The position numbers and the translations under genes were made by a program. From Dehalococcoidia bacterium (lineage in GTDB: Bacteria > Chloroflexota > Dehalococcoidia > UBA2979): DNA of 64,000 nt. The stretch is from assembly GCA_965262725.1 (NCBI GenBank), contig OZ253555.1:544001-608000 (forward strand), written 5' to 3'. This document shows positions 38,696 through 48,314 of the stretch, in pieces; within the stretch, counting starts at the first letter, position 1, and every line of letters starts with the position of its first letter. The notes under the pieces are model-generated. The model was not told where the DNA came from. It saw only the letters and a list, made by a program, of their open reading frames with translations, and made no database searches.

Positions 38696-39130
38696 ATGCT
38701 GAACAAGTGCATGGTTATCGGAAACCTCGGCGCGGATCCCGAGATGCGGTACACGGCGAACGGGACGCCCGTCACGACCTTCCGCGTCGCGACGTCCCGC
38801 CAGTACTCCGGCTCCGACGGGGAGCGGCACGAGGAGACCGAGTGGTTCTCCGTGGTCACGTGGGCGCGGCTCGCGGAGACCTGCAGCCAGTACCTCTCGA
38901 AGGGTCGCCAGGTCTTCGTCGAGGGGCGGATGAGGACCCGCTCCTGGGAGGGTCAGGACGGCCAGAAGCGCTACCGCACGGAGCTGATCGCAGACACCGT
39001 GAAGTTCCTCGGCGGCCGCGACGGTGGCTCGGGTGGTGGCCCGGGTGGCGGGGGGCAGGAGCGCTTCGAGGGTGTCCCGGTGGGTCAGGACGGCGACGGC
39101 GACGTCGACCCGGACGACCTGCCCTTCTAG
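38696..39130 (+). CDS. ssb: single-stranded DNA-binding protein
   Basis: LNKCMVIGNLGADPE.RYT; C-terminal DDLPF. Confidence 0.97.
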   Translation: MLNKCMVIGNLGADPEMRYTANGTPVTTFRVATSRQYSGSDGERHEETEWFSVVTWARLAETCSQYLSKGRQVFVEGRMRTRSWEGQDGQKRYRTELIADTVKFLGGRDGGSGGGPGGGGQERFEGVPVGQDGDGDVDPDDLPF

Positions 39131-39211
39131 GCGCCGGGACGCAGTGATGGTTGCCATGGAGAGTGACGCAGCGGCCCGGCGAGGGCTCGTCGGCGGATGT
39201 AGGGAGCGGCG

Positions 39212-39625
39212 GTGACGAACGAACGAGAGAGGGTGGGCGCCGGCGCGCCGCGTGGCGACCGCTTCGATCGTGGCGACCGTGGCGACCGCGGCGACCGCGG
39301 CGACCGCGGCGACCGCGGCGACCGCGGCGACTACTCCGACCGCCCGGGTCGGGGAGGCCGCGGGGGCGGAGGCGGGCGCCGTCCCCGACGGCGCGGCTGC
39401 GAGTTTTGCGGCGAGGACGGCCGTCAGGTCGACTACAAGAACACGGCCATGCTCGCCCGCTACCTCACCGAGCGCGTCAAGATGGACGCCCGGCGCAAGG
39501 GTGGCGCCTGCTCCAAGCACCAGCGCGCGGTCGCCAGGGCGATCAAGCGAGCCCGCTTTCTCGCGTTGCTCCCCTACACCGCGGGGCACGTGCGCATCTC
39601 CGGCGTGAATCCCGTCCGGCGCTAG
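39212..39625 (+). CDS. rpsR: 30S ribosomal protein S18 with N-terminal RGD-repeat extension
   Basis: CEFC, DYKN, C.KHQR.VA.AIKRAR..ALLPY. Confidence 0.95.
   Translation: MTNERERVGAGAPRGDRFDRGDRGDRGDRGDRGDRGDRGDYSDRPGRGGRGGGGGRRPRRRGCEFCGEDGRQVDYKNTAMLARYLTERVKMDARRKGGACSKHQRAVARAIKRARFLALLPYTAGHVRISGVNPVRR
39251..39331 (+). repeat. 9-bp tandem repeat (CGYGGCGAC) encoding RGD x7 plus one more
   Basis: Seven consecutive units at 39269-39331. Confidence 0.9.
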
Positions 39626-39685
39626 CCCCGCACCCCGTGAGGGGGCGGCTCGTTCGGTCGGCGTGGGGACAGGGGGCGCCAGCCC

Positions 39686-40681
39686 GTGGCCGGTAGTCGC
39701 GCGGTCCGGGTCAGTGCGCGCGAGGAGCGCGAGCGTCGCGAGCGTCGCGAGCGTCGCGTCGTGCTCGCGGGCGGCGGCGTGCTGCTGGCGGCGGCCCTCG
39801 TCGTTCTCGCCGGAATCGTGATCACGCAGTACCTTCCGCCGCGCGCCCGCGTCGCGACCATCGGCGGGGACTCCGTCTCCGCGTCGGCGCTCGTCGACCG
39901 CGCCGTGCTTCTCGCGATCCTTGAGTCGACCGTCGCGGCGCCGCCCATCGACGAGTTCGCCGCCTTCACCCTCGATCGCCTCGTCGACGAGGCGGCGCTT
40001 CGCAGCGGGGGAGCAGCCGAGTTCGGGGCTCCCACCGACGAGCAGCGCTCAGCCGAGCTGCGCGCGCTGCTCGGCGTCCCCCAGGAGGCGGACGTGGCGG
40101 AGCTCGCCGCCGCGCTGGCGAATCTCCTGTGGAGCGCCGCGTCCGGGCGGGCACTGGACGCCGTCGTGGATGCGCGGCTCCAGGAGGCTTCCCTGCGCGA
40201 ACGCTTCGCGCGGGAGGTCCCGGAGGTCGCCCCCCAGATCCGCCTGCGGCGGATTCGCGTGAGCGAGGAGGCGCGCGCCGGGGAGCTGCGCGAGCGGGCG
40301 CTGGCCGGCGAGCCCTTCGGCGCCCTGGCCGCCGAGGCCTCGCTCGACGCCGCGTCGGTGCCCGGCGGCGATCTCGGCTGGACGCTCGTCGAGCGCGTCG
40401 ATGCCGCCGTCGCCGCAGCGCTCTCGGGCCTCGAGCCCGGCGGGATCGCGGAGCCACTCGCCGTCGGCCCCTTCGTTGAGCTCTACCTCCTGGAGGAGCG
40501 CGACGACGCGCGCGCCCTCGAGTCGGCGCAGGTCGCCGAGATCGTGCAGGAGCGTCTGGAGGAGTGGCTCGCCGCCGAGCGCGAGGCCCTCGGGGTCGAG
40601 CACGACCTCTCGCCCGGCGAGTCGGAGTGGGTCGCCGAGCGCGTCGGACGCCGGCTGGCCGACCATCTGGCGGGCCCCTGA
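39686..40681 (+). CDS. membrane-anchored PpiC-type peptidyl-prolyl isomerase/foldase
   Basis: N-terminal TM; F..LA.E.S.D..S...GGDLGW parvulin motif. Confidence 0.75.
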   Translation: MAGSRAVRVSAREERERRERRERRVVLAGGGVLLAAALVVLAGIVITQYLPPRARVATIGGDSVSASALVDRAVLLAILESTVAAPPIDEFAAFTLDRLVDEAALRSGGAAEFGAPTDEQRSAELRALLGVPQEADVAELAAALANLLWSAASGRALDAVVDARLQEASLRERFAREVPEVAPQIRLRRIRVSEEARAGELRERALAGEPFGALAAEASLDAASVPGGDLGWTLVERVDAAVAAALSGLEPGGIAEPLAVGPFVELYLLEERDDARALESAQVAEIVQERLEEWLAAEREALGVEHDLSPGESEWVAERVGRRLADHLAGP

Positions 40682-41997
40682 TGGCGGCGCCGATCGGGAT
40701 CGCGCTCCTGGGCGCCGGCACCGTCGGCGCGGGCGTGGCGCGCGCCCTCGCCGGCGGGGCGGAGCGCTACGCCGCCCGCGTCGGCCGGTCGCTGGCGCTG
40801 CGCGGCGTGCTCGTGCGGGAGCCGGGCCGCCCGCGGGAGGGCGTGCCCGCCGACCGTCTGACGGCCGACGTCGGCTCCATCCTGGCGGACGAGGGTACGC
40901 ACGTCGTCGTCGAGTTGATGGGTGGCGAGGAGCCGGCGCGCGGGCACATCGAGAACGCGCTGCGCTCCGGGCGCCACGTCGTCACCGCCAACAAGGAGGT
41001 GATGGCGAAGCACGGCCCGGCGCTACTCGCCGTCGCCGCCGAGCGCGGTGTGCGGCTGCTCTACGAGGCGGCGGTCGGCGGCGGCATCCCGATCATCAGC
41101 CCGCTCTCGCGCGACCTGCTCGCCAACGAGATCGCGGAGGTGACCGCGATCATCAACGGCACCACCAACTTCATGCTCACGGAGATGGCGCAGCGCGGCG
41201 CCGAGTACGACGACGTGCTCGCCGAGGCGCAGCGCCTGGGCTACGCCGAGGCCGATCCGGCCGCCGACGTGGACGGCGGAGACGCGGCCTACAAGCTCGC
41301 CATCCTCTGCGGGCTCGCCTTCCACGTCGTCGTCTCACCGGAGGCGGTCTCGCGGCAGGGGATTCGCGGACTCGCCGCCCGCGACTTCGCGTATGCGGAG
41401 GAGCTCGGCTACGCGATCAAGCTGCTGGCCCAGGGATCGATGGTGCCCGGGCGGGAGGGCGAGGAGCTGATCGCGACCGTCGCGCCCACGCTGATCGCGC
41501 GCGCCGAGCCGCTTGCGACCGTGGACGGCGTCCGGAACGCGGTTCAGGTCGAGGGGGACCTCGTCGGGCGCGTGCTCTTCGAGGGCGCCGGTGCCGGCGC
41601 ACGACCGACGGCGAGCGCGGTGCTCGCCGACGTGCTCGACGCGGCGCGCGACGTGGCGACCGGGCGTCTCCCCCCGGAGGCGCCGCCGTTCGCGGTCGCG
41701 AGGGTGCGTCCCCCGGAGCAGGTGGTCGCGCGCCACTACCTCAGGCTCACCGTCGCCGACCACGCGGGCGTGCTCGCGGGGATCGCCGGTATGTTCGGGC
41801 GGCACGAGATCAGCCTGGCGTCGGTGATCCAGGTGGAGTCGGACCTCAGGGCGCGCACCGCCGAGCTCGTCATCACGACGCACCCGGCGGTCACCGGGCG
41901 GCTGCGGGCGGCGCTTCAGGACATCGCCTCGCTCGACGACGACGTGCTGGAGGTGGGGAGCGTGCTGCCGATCTACGGGGACGGGGGCGACCGGTGA
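40681..41997 (+). CDS. hom: homoserine dehydrogenase with ACT domain
   Basis: GAGTVG, VTANK, EAAVGGGIP, NGTTN, GYAEADP..DVDG. Confidence 0.96.
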   Translation: MAAPIGIALLGAGTVGAGVARALAGGAERYAARVGRSLALRGVLVREPGRPREGVPADRLTADVGSILADEGTHVVVELMGGEEPARGHIENALRSGRHVVTANKEVMAKHGPALLAVAAERGVRLLYEAAVGGGIPIISPLSRDLLANEIAEVTAIINGTTNFMLTEMAQRGAEYDDVLAEAQRLGYAEADPAADVDGGDAAYKLAILCGLAFHVVVSPEAVSRQGIRGLAARDFAYAEELGYAIKLLAQGSMVPGREGEELIATVAPTLIARAEPLATVDGVRNAVQVEGDLVGRVLFEGAGAGARPTASAVLADVLDAARDVATGRLPPEAPPFAVARVRPPEQVVARHYLRLTVADHAGVLAGIAGMFGRHEISLASVIQVESDLRARTAELVITTHPAVTGRLRAALQDIASLDDDVLEVGSVLPIYGDGGDR

Positions 41998-43094
41998 TGC
42001 CGGGCGGAGCGGGCACGTCGCCGCCCGGCGCGTCCGACGGCGCCCGATCGACGCGAGCCGGCGAGCAGATGGAGGCCGCCCGCCAGCTCGTCGCCGAGCA
42101 CGCGGAGGTCGTCCGCCAGCTCCACGCCGAGCACGCGCGGATCCTGCAGATACTGCGCGAGGAGCTCGACAGGCAGCGCGGCGAGCTCGACGGCGCGCAG
42201 CAGCAGATCCAGGTTCTCTCCGGCCGCACCGGGCGCCACGAGGCTGGCCAGCAGCTCGCGCGCGACGCCACCCGTGAGCTGGAGGCGCTGCGCGAGCGCA
42301 TGGAGACCGAGTCGGCGCAGCGCCGCGAACTCGCGCAGCGGATCCTCCTCTTCATCGAGCGCGAGAGAGCCAGCGCGGCCGAGCGTGAGTCGGCGCAGCA
42401 CGGGCTGATCGACCGCACGCGGGCGCTGGAGGAGAAGACCCAGATCGAGGGCGATCAGGTGCGTCGCCTGCTGGACGATGCGGCGACGCGGGGGGCCGCC
42501 GACGCCGGGATCGCGCAGCGGCTCGTCGGCGCCGAGAGCGTCGCCGCCGCGGAGCGCGATGCGACGCACCGCGCCGCCGCGCAGGTCGCCAGCCTCGTCT
42601 CTGCGGCCGGCACCCTGCGCGGTGCCGTCGACGACGTGGTGACCCGTCTCGGCGTGATCGCGGCCGAGCAGCGCCAGCTCGGCGAGGAGGTGGGATCGCT
42701 GCGCGCCTCCCGCCGGGAGGATTCGGATCTGCTTGACGTGATCGAGCAGCAGCGCACGCACCGCCACCGGCTCGAGGCCCGCCTCGCCGAGTTCGAGGAT
42801 CGCCTGGTCGAGCAGAGCTCCCGATTCGATGCCCAGCAGCAGGACGTCGCGCTCGCGCGCGCCGAGGTGGCCGGCGTCGCCGAGCGACTGGGAGCACTCA
42901 CCGACCTCCTGGAGGGTCAGCGCGAGGCGGTGCTGGAGCACGTACGCCAGAGCGCGCTCGCGCAGCAGGAGGCGGCCCGCCGCCACTCCGCCGAGCTCGA
43001 CCGTGACGTGCGCGTGGCGAAGGAGCTGCTCGCACGGTTCGCCGAGGCCCCGGACCGGGCCGCGGAGGAGCAGGCGGAGGAGGATCCCCGGTGA
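41997..43094 (+). CDS. long coiled-coil hypothetical protein
   Basis: E/Q/R/A/L-rich heptad pattern; translationally coupled to hom and thrC. Confidence 0.7.
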   Translation: MPGGAGTSPPGASDGARSTRAGEQMEAARQLVAEHAEVVRQLHAEHARILQILREELDRQRGELDGAQQQIQVLSGRTGRHEAGQQLARDATRELEALRERMETESAQRRELAQRILLFIERERASAAERESAQHGLIDRTRALEEKTQIEGDQVRRLLDDAATRGAADAGIAQRLVGAESVAAAERDATHRAAAQVASLVSAAGTLRGAVDDVVTRLGVIAAEQRQLGEEVGSLRASRREDSDLLDVIEQQRTHRHRLEARLAEFEDRLVEQSSRFDAQQQDVALARAEVAGVAERLGALTDLLEGQREAVLEHVRQSALAQQEAARRHSAELDRDVRVAKELLARFAEAPDRAAEEQAEEDPR

Positions 43095-44179
43095 GGGTGC
43101 AGCCCGGCGCGCGCGGGGAGGCGGCGTCTGCGCGCTTCATCATGGAGCGCTACGGGGACCTGCTTCCTCTCACCGACCGGACGCCGATGGTCACGCTGGG
43201 GGAGGGGGGGACGCCGCTCGTCCGCTCGCGCGTGCTCGAGGGGGAGCTCGGCCTGGGCGAACTCTGGTTCAAGCTCGAATCGACGAACCCCACCGGCTCG
43301 TTCAAGGACCGCGGCATGGTGCTGGCCGTCGCCAAGGCGGTCGAGGAGGGCGCCCGGGCGGTGCTCTGCGCCTCGACCGGGAACACCTCCGCCTCCGCGG
43401 CCGCCTACGCTGCCCGCCACGGGCTCCGCGCCTACGTCCTGGTGCCGGGGGGTCACGTCGCGATGGGGAAGCTGGCGCAGGCGGTGGCGCACGGCGCCGA
43501 GGTGGTCGCAGTCGACGGATCCTTCGACCGCTGCCTGGAGATCGCGCGTCAGCTCGCGGAGCGCGAGTCGGTGGCGCTCGTGAACTCCGTGAATCCGCAC
43601 CGGATCGCCGGACAGAAGACGGCCGCCTTCGAGATCGCCGACGAACTCGGTGACGCCCCCGACCTGCTCGCGATCCCCGTCGGGAACGCGGGCAACATCA
43701 CGGCCTACTGGGGGGGCTTCGTCGAGTACCGTCATCACGAGCGATCGATGCGGGTGCCGCGCATGTGGGGCTTCCAGGCGGAGGGGGCGGCGCCCCTGGT
43801 TCGGGGGGCGCCGGTCGAGCATCCGGAGACCGTGGCCACCGCCATCCGCATCGGAAACCCGGCGTCGTGGCGGGGTGCGATCGCCGCGCGCGACGATTCG
43901 GCCGGCCGCATCGAGGCGGTGAGCGACGAGCGGATCCTGGGCGCCTACCGGCGGCTCGCCTCGGACGAGGGCATCTTCTGCGAACCGGCGTCGGCCGCGT
44001 CGGTCGCCGGCCTCATGGCGGTGGTGGAGGCCGGCGAGAGCCTCGAGGGACTCACGGCGGTCTGCGTGATCACGGGCTCGGGACTGAAGGACCCGGAGAC
44101 CGCGCTGAGCGTGCCGGCCGTCCGCCGCGACGTGCCCGCGGACGCCGGGGCTGTGGCCCGCGCCCTCGGCTGGAGCTAG
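43091..44179 (+). CDS. thrC: threonine synthase
   Basis: LGEGGTPL, NPTGSFKDRG, ASTGNT, PVGNAGN, TAIRIGNP, GLKD. Confidence 0.96.
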   Translation: MRVQPGARGEAASARFIMERYGDLLPLTDRTPMVTLGEGGTPLVRSRVLEGELGLGELWFKLESTNPTGSFKDRGMVLAVAKAVEEGARAVLCASTGNTSASAAAYAARHGLRAYVLVPGGHVAMGKLAQAVAHGAEVVAVDGSFDRCLEIARQLAERESVALVNSVNPHRIAGQKTAAFEIADELGDAPDLLAIPVGNAGNITAYWGGFVEYRHHERSMRVPRMWGFQAEGAAPLVRGAPVEHPETVATAIRIGNPASWRGAIAARDDSAGRIEAVSDERILGAYRRLASDEGIFCEPASAASVAGLMAVVEAGESLEGLTAVCVITGSGLKDPETALSVPAVRRDVPADAGAVARALGWS

Positions 44180-44290
44180 CTCCCCGCGCCGGCCGGGCGG
44201 CACGGTGCGGCAACGGGGGCTCGTGCTACGATCCGCCATCACGCCGCGCCCGGAGCATGGCGAAAGCTGCCGGCCGGAAGGACGCAGACG

Positions 44291-44893
44291 ATGACGCTGT
44301 CGCCTCCTCGCGACACCCCCGCGGCGCGAACCTTCGATGCCCCCGCCGTGGCGAGCATCCTCCGCGAGTTGCTCGTCGCCGTCGGCGAGGATCCCGATCG
44401 CCAGGGGCTGGTCGACACGCCGGGGCGGATGGCGCGCATGTACTACGAGCTCTTCGAGGGGCTCTTCCTCGACCCCGCGGAGGTGCTCTCGATCGGCTTC
44501 GAGGAGGGCCACGACGAGATGGTCATCCTGCGCGAGATCCCGTTCTACTCGATGTGCGAGCACCACCTGTTGCCCTTTCACGGGCAGGCGCACGTCGGCT
44601 ACCTTCCGGACGGCCGCATCGTCGGGCTCTCCAAGCTCGCGCGCGCCGTCGAGATCTTCGCGAAGCGTCCACAGGTGCAGGAGCGCCTCACCACGCAGAT
44701 CGCCGAGTGCATCGAGCGCGTGCTCGGCGCGCGCGGCGTCGGCGTCGTCATCGAGGCGGAGCACCTCTGCATGACGGCCCGCGGCGTCCGGAAGCCGGGG
44801 TCGCGCATGGTGACCTCGGCGATGCGCGGTGTCTTCCGGCGCGATCCGGAGAGCCGCGCGGAGTTCCTGCAGTTGATACGCGCGCAGTCGTAG
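44291..44893 (+). CDS. folE: GTP cyclohydrolase I
   Basis: [31 protein letters not shown]. Confidence 0.97.
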   Translation: MTLSPPRDTPAARTFDAPAVASILRELLVAVGEDPDRQGLVDTPGRMARMYYELFEGLFLDPAEVLSIGFEEGHDEMVILREIPFYSMCEHHLLPFHGQAHVGYLPDGRIVGLSKLARAVEIFAKRPQVQERLTTQIAECIERVLGARGVGVVIEAEHLCMTARGVRKPGSRMVTSAMRGVFRRDPESRAEFLQLIRAQS

Positions 44894-44900
44894 CCGCCCC

Positions 44901-46223
44901 GTGACGTTCTCCCTGCTCGACCGAGCGCCAGCGCCGCTGCGCCGCCGACCCGCCCTCCGCGTGGCGCCGGGCCTCCCCGCCCGCCGCGTCGCGATGCTCT
45001 CGCTGCACACCTCGCCCCTCGCCGAGCCGGGCGGCCCCGTCTCGGGCGGGATGAACGTCTACGTGCGGGAGGTCGCGACCGAGCTCGGCCGCTCCGGGAT
45101 CTTCGTCGATGTCTTCACGCGCCGCGAGCATGAGGCGACGCCGGAACTCCAGCCGATAGCGCCGGGCGCGCGCCTCGTGCAGGTCGAGGCGGGCCCGGTC
45201 GCGCCTCTGCTCCCCGCTCAGCTCAGCGGCCACGTCGATGCGTTCTCAGCGGGCGTCGCCGCCTTCGCCGAGCGCGACGGCGCCTGCTACGACGTCGTGC
45301 ACGCGCACTACTGGCTCTCGGTGCTCGCCGGCGAACGGCTCGCCGAGCGCTGGCGCGTGCCGCAGGTCGCGATGTTCCACACGCTGGGCGAGGTGAAGCG
45401 CCGCGCCCTCGCCTCGCAGCACGAGCCCCCGGTCCGGCTCGCCTCCGAGCGCCGGCTCGTGCACGCTGCCGATCGCATCGTGGCGGCGACCGAGCACGAG
45501 GTCGGGCTGCTGCGCCGCATCTACGGCGTCGCGCCCGGCCGCACGCGCGTCGTCCCCCTCGGCGTCGACCTCGAGAGCTTCCGCCCGCGCGACGCCGCGG
45601 TGGCGCGCGCCGAACTCGGTCTGTCTCAGACGTCGCGGGTGGTGCTCGCGGTCTGCCGCATCCAGCGCCTGAAGGGTCTGGACATCCTGGTGCGCGCGCT
45701 CGCGCAGCTGCTCAGGCCGGGCGGCGTGCCCGGGGTCGAGTTCCTGGTCGCGGGCGGCGTGGAGCAGGCCTCGGAGGAGGTCGGCCGGCTGCGCGCCCTC
45801 GCGGAGGAGCTGGGGGTCGGCGGTCGCCTTCGCTTCCTCGGCGCGGTTCCGCACGAGCGCCTCCCCCTTTACTACGCCGCCGCCGATGTCGTCGCCGTTC
45901 CCTCCCTCTACGAGTCGTTCGGTCTCGTGGCCGTCGAGGCGATGGCGACGGGCGTCCCGGTCGTCGCCTCGCGTGTCGGCGGGCTGACGACGACCGTCGA
46001 GGACGGGCGCACCGGCTACCTGGTCCCGTGGCACTGCCCGGAGCCCTTCGCCGAGCGCATCGAGCTTCTGCTGCGCAACGAGCCCCTCCGCCGCTCGATG
46101 GGAGAGGCGGCCGCCCGCTCGATGCACCGCTACGCCTGGGGCGCCGTCGCCTCGGAGCTCCGCGCGCTCTACGCGGAGCTGATGAGGGAGCGCGCGCGCC
46201 CGGCCGCCGCCGCCGGCTGCTGA
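44901..46223 (+). CDS. GT4 glycosyltransferase, MshA-like
   Basis: SLHTSPLA.PG....GGMNVYV, HAHYWLS, FHTL..VK, ESFGLVAVEAMA. Confidence 0.85.
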   Translation: MTFSLLDRAPAPLRRRPALRVAPGLPARRVAMLSLHTSPLAEPGGPVSGGMNVYVREVATELGRSGIFVDVFTRREHEATPELQPIAPGARLVQVEAGPVAPLLPAQLSGHVDAFSAGVAAFAERDGACYDVVHAHYWLSVLAGERLAERWRVPQVAMFHTLGEVKRRALASQHEPPVRLASERRLVHAADRIVAATEHEVGLLRRIYGVAPGRTRVVPLGVDLESFRPRDAAVARAELGLSQTSRVVLAVCRIQRLKGLDILVRALAQLLRPGGVPGVEFLVAGGVEQASEEVGRLRALAEELGVGGRLRFLGAVPHERLPLYYAAADVVAVPSLYESFGLVAVEAMATGVPVVASRVGGLTTTVEDGRTGYLVPWHCPEPFAERIELLLRNEPLRRSMGEAAARSMHRYAWGAVASELRALYAELMRERARPAAAAGC

Positions 46224-46227
46224 GCTG

Positions 46228-47013
46228 ATGGTCGCCCCCGCCTCGCTCGCCGACGCCCCCGACCTCTTCGCGGCGCTCGCCGCGCAGGGGCCGGCGCGCG
46301 CGATGATCGTGATGGCGCACCCCGACGACAGCGAGTTCCTCTGCGGGGGGACGGTCGCCACGCTCACCCGGCGAGCGTGGGAGGTCGACATCGTGGTGGC
46401 GACCAGCGGCAACAAGGGCACGAAGGATCCCGCGGTGACGCCGCAGCACCTCGCGGGCGTGCGCGAGGAGGAGCAGCGCAGGGCCGCGGCCATCCTCGGC
46501 GCCCGGGAGCCCGTCTTCCTCGGATTCCCCGACGGCGCGCTCCGCAACGACGATGAGCTCCGGGGCCTCGTCGTCCGGCAGCTCCGCGTGCGCCGGCCGG
46601 AACTGGTCGTGACCTGGGACGGCTTCCGCCCCGGCTTTAACCACCGCGATCACCGGCGCGTCGGCCGCGCCACCTACGACGCGATCTACCCGGCGGCCGA
46701 CGACCATCTCTACTACCCCCGCCACAAGGAGGAGGAGCTCGATCCGCACCGGCCGGCGGTGCTGCTGCTCGCCGGGAGCGACGCCCCCGATCTCCACGTG
46801 GACATCGAGCCGGTGCTCGCAACGAAGGTGAGAGCCGTGCTCGCGCACAGCTCGCAGATGGGCGGGCGCTCGCCTCAGGACCTCATGCGCCTGTGGCGGG
46901 AGCGCGCCCGCGAGCAGCGGCGCGCAGCGGCCGCGGCCGCCGACGCGGGCGCGGAGGAGGACGTCGATCCGCCCTTCCGCGAGTCCTTCCGGCGTGTGAT
47001 CCTCAGGCGCTGA
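46228..47013 (+). CDS. PIG-L family deacetylase
   Basis: AHPDDSE, R..E...AA..LG, FLGFPDG, HRDH. Confidence 0.9.
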   Translation: MVAPASLADAPDLFAALAAQGPARAMIVMAHPDDSEFLCGGTVATLTRRAWEVDIVVATSGNKGTKDPAVTPQHLAGVREEEQRRAAAILGAREPVFLGFPDGALRNDDELRGLVVRQLRVRRPELVVTWDGFRPGFNHRDHRRVGRATYDAIYPAADDHLYYPRHKEEELDPHRPAVLLLAGSDAPDLHVDIEPVLATKVRAVLAHSSQMGGRSPQDLMRLWRERAREQRRAAAAAADAGAEEDVDPPFRESFRRVILRR

Positions 47014-47108
47014 GGCACCGCCCGCGCGGCGCGAGGCGCGGGGGTGAGGGGGCGCTCCCCGGGCGGCGATGAGCGCCCCGCCCCGACCGCACGCCCGGCC
47101 CCCGCGCG

Positions 47109-47137
47109 TTGACACTGCACGGGGCGCGCCCTAGCAT
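47109..47137 (+). promoter_or_regulatory. sigma70 promoter of the str operon
   Basis: TTGACA-17 bp-TAGCAT. Confidence 0.7.
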
Positions 47138-47352
47138 CGGTGGTCGCGCTCATCGCGGATGTACTGCGAGCCGGCCGTTTGGCCGTGGAGCGGCGAGGAC
47201 CGGCGACGGGCACCCCCGATGGGGCGTCGCGGCTGGCTCACCACTCCGCCACTCGGCCGTTCTTGATGCCCAAACAGCGCGGTGCGGGGGGACGGGCCGG
47301 CGGCGAACGGGTCGCTGCCGAGCCGACCGATCGGCGAGTACCTGGAGGCGCT

Positions 47353-47766
47353 GTGCCGACAATCAACCAGCTGGTGCGCAAGGGACGCACGTCCACCGTG
47401 CGCAAGATGAAGGCGCCCGCTTTGCGCTACCGCCTGAACACGCTCCGCAACCGCGTCGCCCGCGAGGGCCGCGGCTCGCCGCAGAAGCGCGGCGTCTGCA
47501 CGCAGGTGCGGACGGTCACGCCGAAGAAGCCGAACTCGGCGCTGCGCAAGGTCGCGCGCGTGCGGCTCACGAACGGCATCGAGGTGACTGCGTACATCCC
47601 CGGCGAGGGCCACACGCTGCAGGAGCACTCCGTGGTGCTGGTGCGCGGCGGACGGGTGAAGGATCTCCCGGGCGTGCGCTACCACATCATCCGCGGGGCG
47701 CTCGACTCGCAGGGCGTCAGCGACCGCAAGCGCAGCCGCAGCAAGTACGGAACGCGGAAGGCCTAG
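47353..47766 (+). CDS. rpsL: 30S ribosomal protein S12
   Basis: [32 protein letters not shown]; Bacillus-type insertion. Confidence 0.98.
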   Translation: MPTINQLVRKGRTSTVRKMKAPALRYRLNTLRNRVAREGRGSPQKRGVCTQVRTVTPKKPNSALRKVARVRLTNGIEVTAYIPGEGHTLQEHSVVLVRGGRVKDLPGVRYHIIRGALDSQGVSDRKRSRSKYGTRKA

Positions 47767-47770
47767 CGAG

Positions 47771-48241
47771 GTGGCGAGGCGCAACCGCTCCCCCCAGCGT
47801 CGTGTCCCGCCCGACCCGCGCTACCAGTCCGCGCTCGTGACGCGGCTGACACACCGCATCATGCACAGCGGGAAGAAGAGCGTCGCGGAGCGCATCGTCT
47901 ACTCGGCGTTCGACACCATGGAGACGCAGACCGGCCGCCGCGGCGTCGACATCTTCGAGCAGGCGGTCCGCAACGCCAGCCCGGTCATCGAGGTCAAGCC
48001 GCGCCGCGTCGGCGGCGCGACCTATCAGGTGCCGATCGACGTCCGCCCCGAGCGCCGGCTCAGCCTCTCGCTGCGCTGGCTCGTGGACGGCGCCCGACGG
48101 CGTTCCGGGCGCTCGATGGCGGAGAAGCTCTCCGCGGAGTTGCTCGACGCCGCCAACAACGCCGGCGCGGCCGTACGACGCAAGGAAGAGGTCCACCGCA
48201 TGGCGGAGGCGAACCGCGCCTTTGTCCACTACCGCTGGTAG
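47771..48241 (+). CDS. rpsG: 30S ribosomal protein S7
   Basis: RRVGGATYQVP, MAEANRAF.HYRW. Confidence 0.98.
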   Translation: MARRNRSPQRRVPPDPRYQSALVTRLTHRIMHSGKKSVAERIVYSAFDTMETQTGRRGVDIFEQAVRNASPVIEVKPRRVGGATYQVPIDVRPERRLSLSLRWLVDGARRRSGRSMAEKLSAELLDAANNAGAAVRRKEEVHRMAEANRAFVHYRW

Positions 48242-48314
48242 CAGCAGCCTTCATGCCGCCCCCGCCCTATGAGGTGGGGGCGTCGGCTATGAGGCCCCGA
48301 GGAAACCACACGAG

